A stretch of DNA of 35,857 bases from contig CAYOVM010000005.1 in assembly GCA_964407355.1 (NCBI GenBank), positions 2,390-38,246 on the forward strand, read 5' to 3'. The notes beneath the pieces were generated by a model. It did no database searches. It was not told the origin of the DNA and was given only the letters and a program-made list of their open reading frames with translations. Both the position numbers and the translations under genes were made by a program. The first letter of the stretch is position 1; each line of letters starts with the position of its first letter. This DNA comes from an uncultured Enterobacteriaceae bacterium (GTDB lineage Bacteria > Pseudomonadota > Gammaproteobacteria > Burkholderiales > SG8-39). This document shows, one piece after another, positions 9,103 through 19,348 of the stretch.

Positions 9103-9278
9103 TTGGTGCAGCCGGTTGCGCCGGCCGGTCCAGGTCGGCGTTCGCCGCCGGCGACGTGCTCGCCGGGCATCTACCAGCGCGAGACCTCGGCGGGCCGCGC
9201 CGGGTCGCGCAGGTCGTAGATCACCAAACTGTTGCCGACCTAGCCTTCCTTCTCGGTCGAGATGTAGGCGTACTTCAG
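9103..9278 (-). pseudogene. Decayed internal fragment of an LVIVD-repeat beta-propeller gene
   Basis: Manual translation: LKYAYISTEKEG*VGNSLVIYDLRDPARPAEVSRW*MPGEHVAGGE, then a frameshift, then PTWTGRRNRLH. TAG stops at 9240-9242 and 9171-9173; frameshift near 9140. Confidence 0.75.
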
Positions 9279-9347
9279 GCCGCGCCGGGCGTTCCCACGT
9301 TTCGCTCGAGTTGCGCTTTCACGGCCGGAATTCTACCTTTCGTCTCC

Positions 9348-11672
9348 ATGGCGACCATCGGCCAACCTCTGCCGCGCAAGGAAGACCAGCGCCTGCTCAC
9401 CGGCGCGGGGCGCTTCAGCGACGACTTCAGCGCCGAGGGCCAGGCGTATGCGGCGATGGTGCGATCGCCGCATCCGCATGCCGTCATCCGGAAGATCCTG
9501 GTCGAAAAATCGCGAGCGGCGCCCGGCGTGCTGGGCGTTTTCACCGGCGCCGACTGCGCCGCGGACCGGCTCGGCGCGGTTCCTCACAACCCGGTGCCCT
9601 CGACGCGCTTCGACATGAAGCTCACCGCGCCCGGCGGCGCGCCGGTTTTCATCGGCCCTCACCTCCTGCTGCCGACGGACAAGGTGCGCCACGTCGGCGA
9701 GGCGCTCGCCATGGTCGTGGCAAAAACGCAGGCGCAGGCCGCCGACGCGGCCGAGCTCGTCGAGGTCGAGTACGAGGAGCTGCCGTCAGTCGCGCATTCG
9801 GTGGACGCGCTCGAGCCCGGGGCGCCCACGGTCTGGGACGAAGTACCCGGCAACCTCGTGATCGACACGCGGTTCGGCGACAGCGAAGCCGCCGCACGCG
9901 GCTTCGCCGCGGCGGATCACGTGGTGCGCATGGCGTTCCACGTCGGACGCGTCACCGCCGTCCCGCTCGAGCCGCGCTCGGCGCTCGGTATCTACGACGC
10001 CGCGAGCGGCCGCTACACGCTCTACGCGGGAAGCGGCGGCGCGGTGCGCCAGAAGCACGAGCTCGCTTCCGTGCTCGGCATCGAGCCGGAGAAGCTGCGC
10101 GTGCTGTCGTACGACGTCGGCGGAAACTTCGGCGCGCGCAACCGCGTGTACGTGGAGTTCGGCCTGGTGCTCTGGGCATCGCGCCGCCTCGGCCGGCCGG
10201 TGAAGTTCACCGCCACGCGCTCCGAGGCCTTCATCTCCGACTACCAGGGCCGCGATCTCGCGATGGAGCTCGAGCTCGCGCTCGCGCGCGACGGGCGCTT
10301 CCTCGCGCTGCGCGCCTCGAACCTGAGCAACGCCGGCGCGCGCGCCGTGTCGCTCTCGCCGCTCTCGAAAGGCTCGGGGCTCATCACCGGGTCCTACGAC
10401 ATTCCCGCCGCGGAGCTGAGGAGCCGCGCGGTCTTCACCAACACGGTGCCCACCTGCCCCTACCGCAGCTCGGGCCGCCCGGAAGTCACCTTCGCGCTGG
10501 AGCGGCTGATCGACAAGGCGGCGGCCGAGCTCGGCTTCGACCGGATCGAGCTGCGGCGCCGCAATCTGGTGAGCCCGCGCGCCATGCCTTACCGCAACGC
10601 GGTCGGCATGCTCTACGACAGCGGCGAGTACGAGACCAACATGGATCGCGCGATGAAGCTCGCCGACTGGGAGGGCTTCGAGGCAAGGCGCGCGGCCGCG
10701 GCGGCGCGCGGCAAGCGCCTCGGGCTCGGGCTCGCGAACTACGTCGAGTCCTCGATCGGCTCGCCGAAGGAGCGCGCCGAGATCGCGGTGCTGCCCGAGG
10801 GCCGGGTGCGGGTGGTGATCGGCACGCAGCCGAGCGGCCAGGGCCACGAGACGAGCTTCGCGCAGGTCGTCGCGGATCTGCTCGGCGTGCCGATGGAGGC
10901 CATCGACGTCCTCACCGGCGACACCGACGTGGTGAGCGCAGGCGGCGGCTCGCATTCCGGGCGCTCCATGCGCCACGCCGCGACGGTGTTCTCCATCGCG
11001 GCGAAGGAGCTGGTGGAAAAAGCGAGTCGGGTAGCTTCGTTTCTCTTCGAGGCCCCGGCGGTTTTCGAGCGGGGCCGCTTCGTTTCCTCAGGACCGGAAA
11101 AGAAATCTTTTTCGTTTCTCGAGCTGGCGCGCGCCGCCGAGGCCGCCCTGCTCCCCGAAGGCCTGCGCGGCGGCCTCGCGGTGATCACCGACAACGAGAT
11201 GCACGACCCCGTGTTTCCGAACGGCTGCGCGGTCTGCGAATGCGAGGTCGATCCCGAGACGGGCGCCGTGCGCATCGTGCGCTACGCGGCGGTGGACGAC
11301 GTCGGCCGCTGCATCAATCCGCTCATCGTCCACGGCCAGACGCACGGCGCGATCGCGCAGGGCGCGGGCCAGGCGCTGGGCGAGCTGTGCCACCTCGACC
11401 CCGCCAGCGGCCAGCCGCTCGCCGGCTCGCTGATGGACTACGCGATCCCGCGCAGCGACGAGCTGCCGTCGTTCCGCTGCGAGATCGCCGAGGTGCTCTC
11501 GCCCACCAACCCCTTCGGCATCAAGGCCGGCGGCGAAGGCGGCACCACGCCCGCCCCGGCCGCCGTCATCGGCGCGATCGTCCACGCGCTGCGCGAGTAC
11601 GGCGTGCGCGACATCACGATGCCGGCCACACCTCAAAAAGTATGGCGGGCGATCCAGGATTCCAGAAAATGA
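9348..11672 (+). CDS. Xanthine dehydrogenase family molybdopterin-binding subunit (CoxL/CutL-like)
   Basis: 774 aa from ATG 9348 (MATIGQPLPRKEDQRLLTGAG). Motifs VRSPHPHA, VGGNFG, PYRSSGRPE, GQGHET, DDVGRCINP..VHGQ.HG.IAQG, KAGGEGG. Confidence 0.92.
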   Translation: MATIGQPLPRKEDQRLLTGAGRFSDDFSAEGQAYAAMVRSPHPHAVIRKILVEKSRAAPGVLGVFTGADCAADRLGAVPHNPVPSTRFDMKLTAPGGAPVFIGPHLLLPTDKVRHVGEALAMVVAKTQAQAADAAELVEVEYEELPSVAHSVDALEPGAPTVWDEVPGNLVIDTRFGDSEAAARGFAAADHVVRMAFHVGRVTAVPLEPRSALGIYDAASGRYTLYAGSGGAVRQKHELASVLGIEPEKLRVLSYDVGGNFGARNRVYVEFGLVLWASRRLGRPVKFTATRSEAFISDYQGRDLAMELELALARDGRFLALRASNLSNAGARAVSLSPLSKGSGLITGSYDIPAAELRSRAVFTNTVPTCPYRSSGRPEVTFALERLIDKAAAELGFDRIELRRRNLVSPRAMPYRNAVGMLYDSGEYETNMDRAMKLADWEGFEARRAAAAARGKRLGLGLANYVESSIGSPKERAEIAVLPEGRVRVVIGTQPSGQGHETSFAQVVADLLGVPMEAIDVLTGDTDVVSAGGGSHSGRSMRHAATVFSIAAKELVEKASRVASFLFEAPAVFERGRFVSSGPEKKSFSFLELARAAEAALLPEGLRGGLAVITDNEMHDPVFPNGCAVCECEVDPETGAVRIVRYAAVDDVGRCINPLIVHGQTHGAIAQGAGQALGELCHLDPASGQPLAGSLMDYAIPRSDELPSFRCEIAEVLSPTNPFGIKAGGEGGTTPAPAAVIGAIVHALREYGVRDITMPATPQKVWRAIQDSRK

Positions 11673-12625
11673 GATTTTTTCTAGGAACAGTTCTTTTATT
11701 CATCGTCGTTTCGTCTTCATTCGCTCAGCCATACCCTAAAAATCCCGTACGGATGATCGTTCCCTTCCCTGCGGGCGGCGGCGTGGACGCGGCGGGCCGG
11801 GTGCTGGCGCAGGCCCTCACGGCCACGCTCGGCAAATCGTTCGTCGTCGAAAACCGCGGCGGCGCGAACGGCAACATCGGCACCGAGGCCGCGGCGAAAG
11901 CGCCCGCCGACGGCTATACGCTGCTCTTCACCGGCGCCGGCTTCGTCACCAACCCGAGCCTCTACAAGAAGGTCCCTTACGATCCGGTGAAGGACTTCGA
12001 GCCGGTGAGCCTGATGGCGGTCGGGCCGAACGTGCTCGTGGTGCATCCCTCGCTCGCGGTGCATTCGGTGCGCGAGCTGATCGCGGCGGCGAAAGCGCGC
12101 CCGGGCGAGATCGGCTTCGCCGGCTCGGGCAGCGGCAGCACGCCGCACCTCGCGGGCGAGCTCTTCAACGTGAGCGCCGGCGTGAAGATGATCCACATCC
12201 CCTACCGCGGCTCGGGCCCGGCGATGATCGGCCTGCTCGCGGGCGACGCGCCGGTGATGTTCCTCCCGGCGATCAACGCCGGCCCGCAGATCGCCGCCGG
12301 CCGCGTGCGCGCTCTCGCCGTCACGAGCCGCGAGCGCCTGCCCGCGATGCCCGAGATACCCACCGTGGCCGAATCCGGCCTGCCCGACTACGAATCGAGC
12401 CAGTGGTACGGCGTGCTCGCTCCCGCCGGAACCCCGCCAGACGTCCTGAACCTTCTCAATTCGCACATAGAGAAGATCATGCGCGACCCCGCCATGAGAT
12501 CGCGCATGAGCGGCGATGGGCTGGTGCCGATAGGCGGCAGCCGCGAGCAGTTTCGCTTCCACATAAAAACCGAGATCGAAAAGTGGGCGAAACTGATCAG
12601 CGCATCCGGCGCGACCGTCGATTGA
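11669..12625 (+). CDS. Bug/TctC substrate-binding protein
   Basis: 318 aa, the real part of ORF 9116..12625. ATGA overlap with the upstream stop; signal peptide, PFPAGGGVD, ENRGGANG, HIPYRGSGP. Confidence 0.92.
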   Translation: MRFFLGTVLLFIVVSSSFAQPYPKNPVRMIVPFPAGGGVDAAGRVLAQALTATLGKSFVVENRGGANGNIGTEAAAKAPADGYTLLFTGAGFVTNPSLYKKVPYDPVKDFEPVSLMAVGPNVLVVHPSLAVHSVRELIAAAKARPGEIGFAGSGSGSTPHLAGELFNVSAGVKMIHIPYRGSGPAMIGLLAGDAPVMFLPAINAGPQIAAGRVRALAVTSRERLPAMPEIPTVAESGLPDYESSQWYGVLAPAGTPPDVLNLLNSHIEKIMRDPAMRSRMSGDGLVPIGGSREQFRFHIKTEIEKWAKLISASGATVD

Positions 12626-12628
12626 CTT

Positions 12629-13603
12629 CTAATCGGCCTTGATGCCGGTCGCGGCGACGAGCTTCGCCCAGCGGTCGATCTCGGTTCGTACCTGAACCGC
12701 GAACTCGTCGGGTGAGTTGCCGATCGGCTCGGCGCCTTCCAGCGCGAGGACGGTTTTCATCTCCGGCGTGCGCGCGGCGCGGGCGGCGGCGGCGCCGAGC
12801 TTCTCGACCACGGCGCGCGGGGTCTTCGCCGGCGCGAGCAAGCCGATCCACGACGAGTACTCGTAGTCCTTCACGCCGGATTCCTGCAGCGTCGGCACCT
12901 CCGGCAGCGAGCTCACCCGCTTGCCGCTCGTCACGGCGAGCACGCGCAGGCGGCCGTTCTTCACGTGCGGCAGCGCGGTCGAGATCGTCGCGAGCGTCAC
13001 CTGCACCTCGCCGCCGAGCAGGGCGTTCACGGAGGGCGCGCCGCCCTTGTACGGCACGTGCACGAGGTCGATTCCCGCGAGGTGCTTCAGGAGCTCCATG
13101 GAAAGGTGGGTGCCGGTGCCGATGCCGCTCGAGGAGTAGTTCGCTTTTCCGGGATTTTTCTTCAGATACGAGATCAGGTCGGAAAAAGAAGCGACCGGAA
13201 GGCTCGGATGGACCACGAGGATGTTGGGGAACGCCGAGACCATCGTGATCGGCGTGAAATCGCGCGCCGCGTCGTAGGGGAGCTGCTTGTACAGGGCCGG
13301 GCTGATGGTGAACGACGCGGCGACCGCGAGAAGCGTGTAGCCGTCGGGGGCCGCCTTCGCGACGATGTCGGTGCCGATGACGCTGCCCGCGCCCGCGCGA
13401 TTGTCCACGACCACCGCCTGGCCAAGCACTTCGCCGAGCTGCTTCGCGAGCGGCCGCGCCACCTGGTCGGTCGAGCCGCCGGGGCTTTGCGGCACCACGA
13501 GGCGGATCGGCCTCGCGGGATAGGCCTGCGCGAGGGCGCCGCCGGCGCAGACGAGGAGACAGAGCGCCAGCGCGCCGCGAGCTTTACTCGTGAGAAATTT
13601 CAT
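12629..13603 (-). CDS. Bug/TctC substrate-binding protein
   Basis: 324 aa. Signal peptide, PQSPGGSTD, DNRAGAG, PDGYTLL, HVPYKGG. Confidence 0.92.
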   Translation of the reverse strand: MKFLTSKARGALALCLLVCAGGALAQAYPARPIRLVVPQSPGGSTDQVARPLAKQLGEVLGQAVVVDNRAGAGSVIGTDIVAKAAPDGYTLLAVAASFTISPALYKQLPYDAARDFTPITMVSAFPNILVVHPSLPVASFSDLISYLKKNPGKANYSSSGIGTGTHLSMELLKHLAGIDLVHVPYKGGAPSVNALLGGEVQVTLATISTALPHVKNGRLRVLAVTSGKRVSSLPEVPTLQESGVKDYEYSSWIGLLAPAKTPRAVVEKLGAAAARAARTPEMKTVLALEGAEPIGNSPDEFAVQVRTEIDRWAKLVAATGIKAD

Positions 13604-13612
13604 TTTTAGACC

Positions 13613-15271
13613 CTACCCGTCCTTCGAATCTTCGTCTTCCGGCCTGAATTTCGTTTCCGGCTTCACGCCCTTGCGCCGCCGCCGCTCGCTGATGCGGCCG
13701 TTCTCGTCGTAGCGGCCCGCGACCGCGCGCAACGCCGCCTCGTCCCATTGCGGCAGCCAGTCGCCGAGCGAATAGCCGTGCCAGGGCGCCTGCGGGCGCA
13801 GCGCGGGAAGGCCGAGCTCCTGCCAGATCTTCTGCGCGCGCTCCATGTATTCGCGCTTCGGCAGCGCGAGCGGCGGCATGGTGCTTTTCATCGTGGCGTC
13901 GATGAGCAGCGTCGAATCGCTTTCGTCGCCTTGCTGGCGCTTCGGGCCGTGGCCCTGGGCGCGGTACGGCAGCACCTGGATGTCTTTCTCCGGGTTGGCG
14001 CGATACGCGAGCGCCCAGAAGAGCGCGTCGGCGTTGTCGGCGCTGATGTCCTCGTTCACCGCGATGCAGATCTTGCCGGTGTCGCTGCGGAACGCCGAGG
14101 CGCCGTAGAGGCCGCGCCAGACCTCGTTGCGCGGCGTGCCCGCCTCGAAGGTGATCACGACCACGCGGCGCAGCGCGGTGAGCGGCTCGTGCAGCGAGAC
14201 GCCGCGCACGCCGCGGATCCCGAGCGTGTCGCGCAGGTGCGCGAGGAACATCGGCTCGTAGGCGACGCGCTTCATCAGGCTCGACTCGGAGGGCGTCACC
14301 TGGCTGATGTAGGAGGGCACGACCGGCTCGCGCCGATGGGTGATCGCCGTGACGCGCATCGGCATGTTGTATTCCTCGAGCGCGACGTGGCCGTGCGACT
14401 CGCCGAACGGCGCCTCGGGCTCGCAGTATTCGGTGTCGATCAGGCCTTCGATGACGATCTCGGCCTCGGCGGGCACGAGGAGATCCACGGTCTTCGCCTT
14501 CACCACGTTGATCGGGCAGCCGGCGAGGCCGCCCGCGACGGTGAACTCATCGAGGCCGACGGGAAGCTTCTGCGGCCCGACGAAGGCGACGTACGGCGGG
14601 CAGCCGAGGACGATCGCGCAGGGCATGGTCTTCCGGCCGAGCTTCTGGTGCTTCACGTAGTGCAGGTAGCCGCCGGCGCCGCCGACGCGCGTGGCCATGC
14701 GCACCACCAGCCGATCGGAGGCCTTCAGCGCCGCGCGGTACGTGCCCATGTTCTGCACGCCGGTTTCCGGATCGCGGGTGATGACGTTCGTGGCCGTGAG
14801 GGTCGGCGCGGCGTCGAAGCCCGGCGTGGAGATCGGGATCGGCAGGCGATCGAGTCCCTTGCCCTCGCCCTGCAGCGCGGCGCCCTCGTGCACGACCTCG
14901 TGGCACAGGGCGCGCTCGACCAGGCGCGGCGCGATGGGGTGGGCGAGCGCGCGATCCCAGCGCGCCTGGATCTCTCCGAGCGGCACGCCCATGCCGGCGG
15001 CGTAGATCTCGCGGTTGGCCGCGATCGCGCCGACCACCACCGGCATCGAAAACCTGCGGCCGCGCCCGTCGGTGACGTTGGTGAAGAGGAAGGCCTTGCG
15101 CGCCGCCTCGTCGATGCCGCCGACGAACTGCCAGCGCACCAGCGGGTGCAGCTCCGAGTCCTTGTCGATCGGGCGGTCGATCGTGAGCAGCAGCCCGAGC
15201 CGGCGCAGCTCGTCGAGGTGCTCGTGCAGGTCCTTGTAGCCGCGGCCGGTGGCGGCGATGTCCCGCTTCAT
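13613..15271 (-). CDS. UbiD family (prFMN-dependent) decarboxylase
   Basis: 552 aa. Motifs NMGTYR, VPAEAEIVIEG, EAPFGESHG, AITHR, TPSES, VNEDI, LIDAT. Confidence 0.92.
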   Translation of the reverse strand: MKRDIAATGRGYKDLHEHLDELRRLGLLLTIDRPIDKDSELHPLVRWQFVGGIDEAARKAFLFTNVTDGRGRRFSMPVVVGAIAANREIYAAGMGVPLGEIQARWDRALAHPIAPRLVERALCHEVVHEGAALQGEGKGLDRLPIPISTPGFDAAPTLTATNVITRDPETGVQNMGTYRAALKASDRLVVRMATRVGGAGGYLHYVKHQKLGRKTMPCAIVLGCPPYVAFVGPQKLPVGLDEFTVAGGLAGCPINVVKAKTVDLLVPAEAEIVIEGLIDTEYCEPEAPFGESHGHVALEEYNMPMRVTAITHRREPVVPSYISQVTPSESSLMKRVAYEPMFLAHLRDTLGIRGVRGVSLHEPLTALRRVVVITFEAGTPRNEVWRGLYGASAFRSDTGKICIAVNEDISADNADALFWALAYRANPEKDIQVLPYRAQGHGPKRQQGDESDSTLLIDATMKSTMPPLALPKREYMERAQKIWQELGLPALRPQAPWHGYSLGDWLPQWDEAALRAVAGRYDENGRISERRRRKGVKPETKFRPEDEDSKDG

Positions 15272-15291
15272 GCCGCGATTTTCATTTTCAT
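15268..15291 (-). other. 7-codon mini-ORF (MKMKIAA) with strong RBS, stop overlapping the UbiD start
   Basis: Minus strand reads AGGAGG-catcg-ATG AAA ATG AAA ATC GCG GCA TGA. The TGA overlaps the UbiD ATG (ATGA). Confidence 0.5.
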
Positions 15292-15345
15292 CGATGCCTC
15301 CTGGACGCCTATCCTATACACTCGTTCGCTCAGCGGGGGACTCTC

Positions 15346-16413
15346 ATGTCGAACGGATTTCGAAACGCCGGCCGCGGCCTGCTGTGGGTGGTCCTCGCGC
15401 TCTGCGCGCTCCCTGCGGCGGCGCAAAAACCGCGGCCCCCGGCCTCCCTCGTCTACGTCACCAACAGCGCGGGCGACAGCATCCACGTCATCGACCCGGC
15501 GACGCAGAAAGTGGTGCAGGAAATCAAGGGGATCGAGGCGGCGCACGGCATCGATTTCTCGCCCGACGCCACGCGCGTGTACGTGAGCAACGAGGCGGAC
15601 GAGACGCTCGACGTCATCGAGCGTAAGAGCGGCCGCACCCTGCACAAGGTGCGCCTCAGCGGCCACCCGAACAACATCGCCACCACGAAGGACGGCCGGC
15701 GCGTGCTCGTCGGCATCGCCGACGACCCCGGCGCGCTCGACATCATCGACACCGCCTCGGTGGAGCTCGTCAAGAGCATCGCGGTGAAGGGCCGCCTGCA
15801 CAACGTCTACGTCACGCCGGACAACAAGTTCGCGATCACCGGCTCGATCCGCAACAAGATGCTCACCGTCATCGATCTCGTGCTCGACCAGGTCGCTTGG
15901 GAGCTGAAGCTCGACGAGGGCGTGCGCCCGATCGCGATCGAGTCCGGTCCCGACGGCGCCACGCGGCGCCTGCATGTGCAGCTTTCCAAGCTGAACGGCT
16001 TCGCGGTGATCGACTTCGCCACGCGCAAGGAGGTGGCGAGGGTCAAGCTGCCGAACAACGGCTTCGGCGCCGCCGAGCGGCGCATGGACGCGCCCGCGCA
16101 CGGCCTGGGCGTCGCGCCCGACGGCAAGACGCTCTGGGTGACGAGCATCCAGGCGAACGCCGTGTACGCCTATTCGCTGCCCGAGCTGCGGCCGCTCGGG
16201 CACGCGCCGCTGCCCGAGCTCAGGCTGCCGGGACGGCCGCCGATCGGCGCCGTGCCGAACTGGGTCACCTTCACGCCGGACGGCCGGCTGCTCTATGTGA
16301 GCAACGCCGCGGCGCGATCGGTCTCGGTGATCGACACCGGAAGCCTCAAGCTGATCGCGACGATTCCGGTCGGCGAGGTGCCGAAGCGGATCAGCACGCT
16401 GGTGCTGCGCTAG
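15346..16413 (+). CDS. Secreted YVTN/YncE-family beta-propeller protein
   Basis: 355 aa. Signal peptide; repeated YVTN/YVSN..(S)V.VID blades and xPDG turns; GGGGGA RBS. Confidence 0.88.
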   Translation: MSNGFRNAGRGLLWVVLALCALPAAAQKPRPPASLVYVTNSAGDSIHVIDPATQKVVQEIKGIEAAHGIDFSPDATRVYVSNEADETLDVIERKSGRTLHKVRLSGHPNNIATTKDGRRVLVGIADDPGALDIIDTASVELVKSIAVKGRLHNVYVTPDNKFAITGSIRNKMLTVIDLVLDQVAWELKLDEGVRPIAIESGPDGATRRLHVQLSKLNGFAVIDFATRKEVARVKLPNNGFGAAERRMDAPAHGLGVAPDGKTLWVTSIQANAVYAYSLPELRPLGHAPLPELRLPGRPPIGAVPNWVTFTPDGRLLYVSNAAARSVSVIDTGSLKLIATIPVGEVPKRISTLVLR

Positions 16414-16826
16414 GGCTTGCCGCCCCCGCGGGCCCATTGCGACAGGATCTTCCACTGGGGATCGTCCCGCGAGGCGAACTGCCGGCCGCCTGAATGGTAG
16501 GCGCTGCCGCCCGCCTCCGGGGCGAGCGGATGCGTGAGCAGCAGCCCCGCCTGAGGGTCGCCGGGGACCACCAGGCGCGAGGCCATCTCGAAGTTGCGGC
16601 GCGACTGCTCCTCGGTCCAGGACTTGCTGCCCGGCGCCAGCGCCTCGAGGCGAAAGGCGTTGTTGCTGCGCCCCGAATGGCATACCACGCAGCGCGTGTG
16701 GCCCGGGCGCTTCTCGAGGAACACCGGCTGCACGCGGGTCTTGAAGAACTCGTAGTCGAGCGCCTGGGCCCGGGCCGCGGCCGGCGGCAGCAGCACGAAG
16801 ACGAGCAGGATCGATAAACGCCGCAT
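16410..16826 (-). CDS. Secreted small protein with one CxxCH motif (putative monoheme c-type cytochrome)
   Basis: 138 aa. Signal peptide ending ARAQA, CVVCH, later HPL...YHSGG. Confidence 0.75.
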   Translation of the reverse strand: MRRLSILLVFVLLPPAAARAQALDYEFFKTRVQPVFLEKRPGHTRCVVCHSGRSNNAFRLEALAPGSKSWTEEQSRRNFEMASRLVVPGDPQAGLLLTHPLAPEAGGSAYHSGGRQFASRDDPQWKILSQWARGGGKP

Positions 16827-16887
16827 GGGCCCCCTTCCCGGCGTAATCTTAATCCTTCATCCTGATGCCCTGCTCGAAGACCACCTG

Positions 16888-18218
<1,331 letters not shown>

Positions 18219-18222
<4 letters not shown>

Positions 18223-19196
18223 GCGAGTACTTGCCCCTTGTGTTCACGGCCCTCATGGGGGCGGCGATCCTCGCCTATGTGGTGCTCGACGGCTACGACC
18301 TGGGTGTAGGCATGCTGATGCCGGCGGCGAGCGCGGAGGAAAAGCAGGTGATGGTGGCCTCGATCGGCCCGTTCTGGGACGCGAACGAGACCTGGCTCGT
18401 GCTCGGCATCGGCCTGCTGCTGGTCGCGTTCCCGGTCGCGCACGGGGTGGTGCTCGGCGCGCTTTACCTGCCGGTCGCGGCGATGCTGGTGGGCCTCATG
18501 CTGCGCGGCGTCGGCTTCGAGCTGCGCGTCAAGGCCGAAGGCTGGCACCGCGAGCTCTGGAACTGGCTGTTCTGGGCGGGCTCGTTCCTCGCCTCGTTCG
18601 CGCAGGGCCTGATGCTCGGGCGCTACATCACCGGCTTCGCGAGCGGCTTCGGCTACTGGCTCTTCGCCGTCGTCGTCGGCGGCGCGGTCTGCGGCGGCTA
18701 CGTGCTGCTCGGGGCGACCTGGCTGGTGCTCAAGTCCGAGGGCGAGCTGCGCCGCAAGGCGATCGCCTGGGCGCGCTGGGGGCTGATGTGGGTGGCGCTC
18801 GCCGTCGCGCTGGTGTCGCTGGTGACGCCGCTCGCGAGCGAGACGGTGCGCGCGAAGTGGTTCAGCTTTCCCAATTTCATCCTGCTCTCGCCGCTGCCCC
18901 TCGGGACTCTTCTCGCGGGGATTTTCGTCTGGCGCACGCTCGGCAAAAGCGACTGGAAGCCCTTCGCCGGGGCGCTCGCCATCTACGTGCTCTCGTTCCT
19001 GGGTCTCGCCTACAGCCTTTTCCCGTACGTGGTGATGGACCGGCTGACGATCTGGGAAGCCGCGGCGCACCCGAGCGCGCTGATGTTCGTCCTCGTCGGC
19101 ACGCTCGTCGTCCTGCCCTTCATCGCCGGCTACACCGTCTACGTGTATCGCGTTTTCGCGGGCAAGGCGAAGGGCGGGGACCTCTACGAGGAGTAA
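18219..19196 (+). CDS. cydB: Cytochrome bd ubiquinol oxidase subunit II
   Basis: 325 aa, GTGA overlap with cydA. LDGYDLGVG, GPFWDANETWLV, LRGVGFELR, YVYRVF.GK. Confidence 0.95.
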
Positions 19197-19348
19197 AGTC
19201 TCGCCCGCCGGGGATGAAGTTTTCTCCCGTTTTTGCACAGCCTGACACCCTGAAAGCATCCGCGCTGATCTAATCGATGTCTGCGGCGCGGGAAAGCGCT
19301 TCGTGTGCGCGTAGTATTGCCGGACACAACGATAATCAGGAGGTCCCC

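Noticed and set aside
9348-11672. Aerobic CO dehydrogenase CoxL
   Set aside because: It lacks the AYxCSFR loop and there are no coxM/coxS or accessory cox genes.
9116-12625. Apparent 1169-aa fusion ending in a Bug domain
   Set aside because: The first 851 codons are an Arg/Gly-rich off-frame reading of the XDH gene. The real gene starts at ATG 11669.
7960-13603. Bug genes without tctA/tctB as a novelty in itself
   Set aside because: Expansion of orphan Bug genes is well known in Betaproteobacteria.
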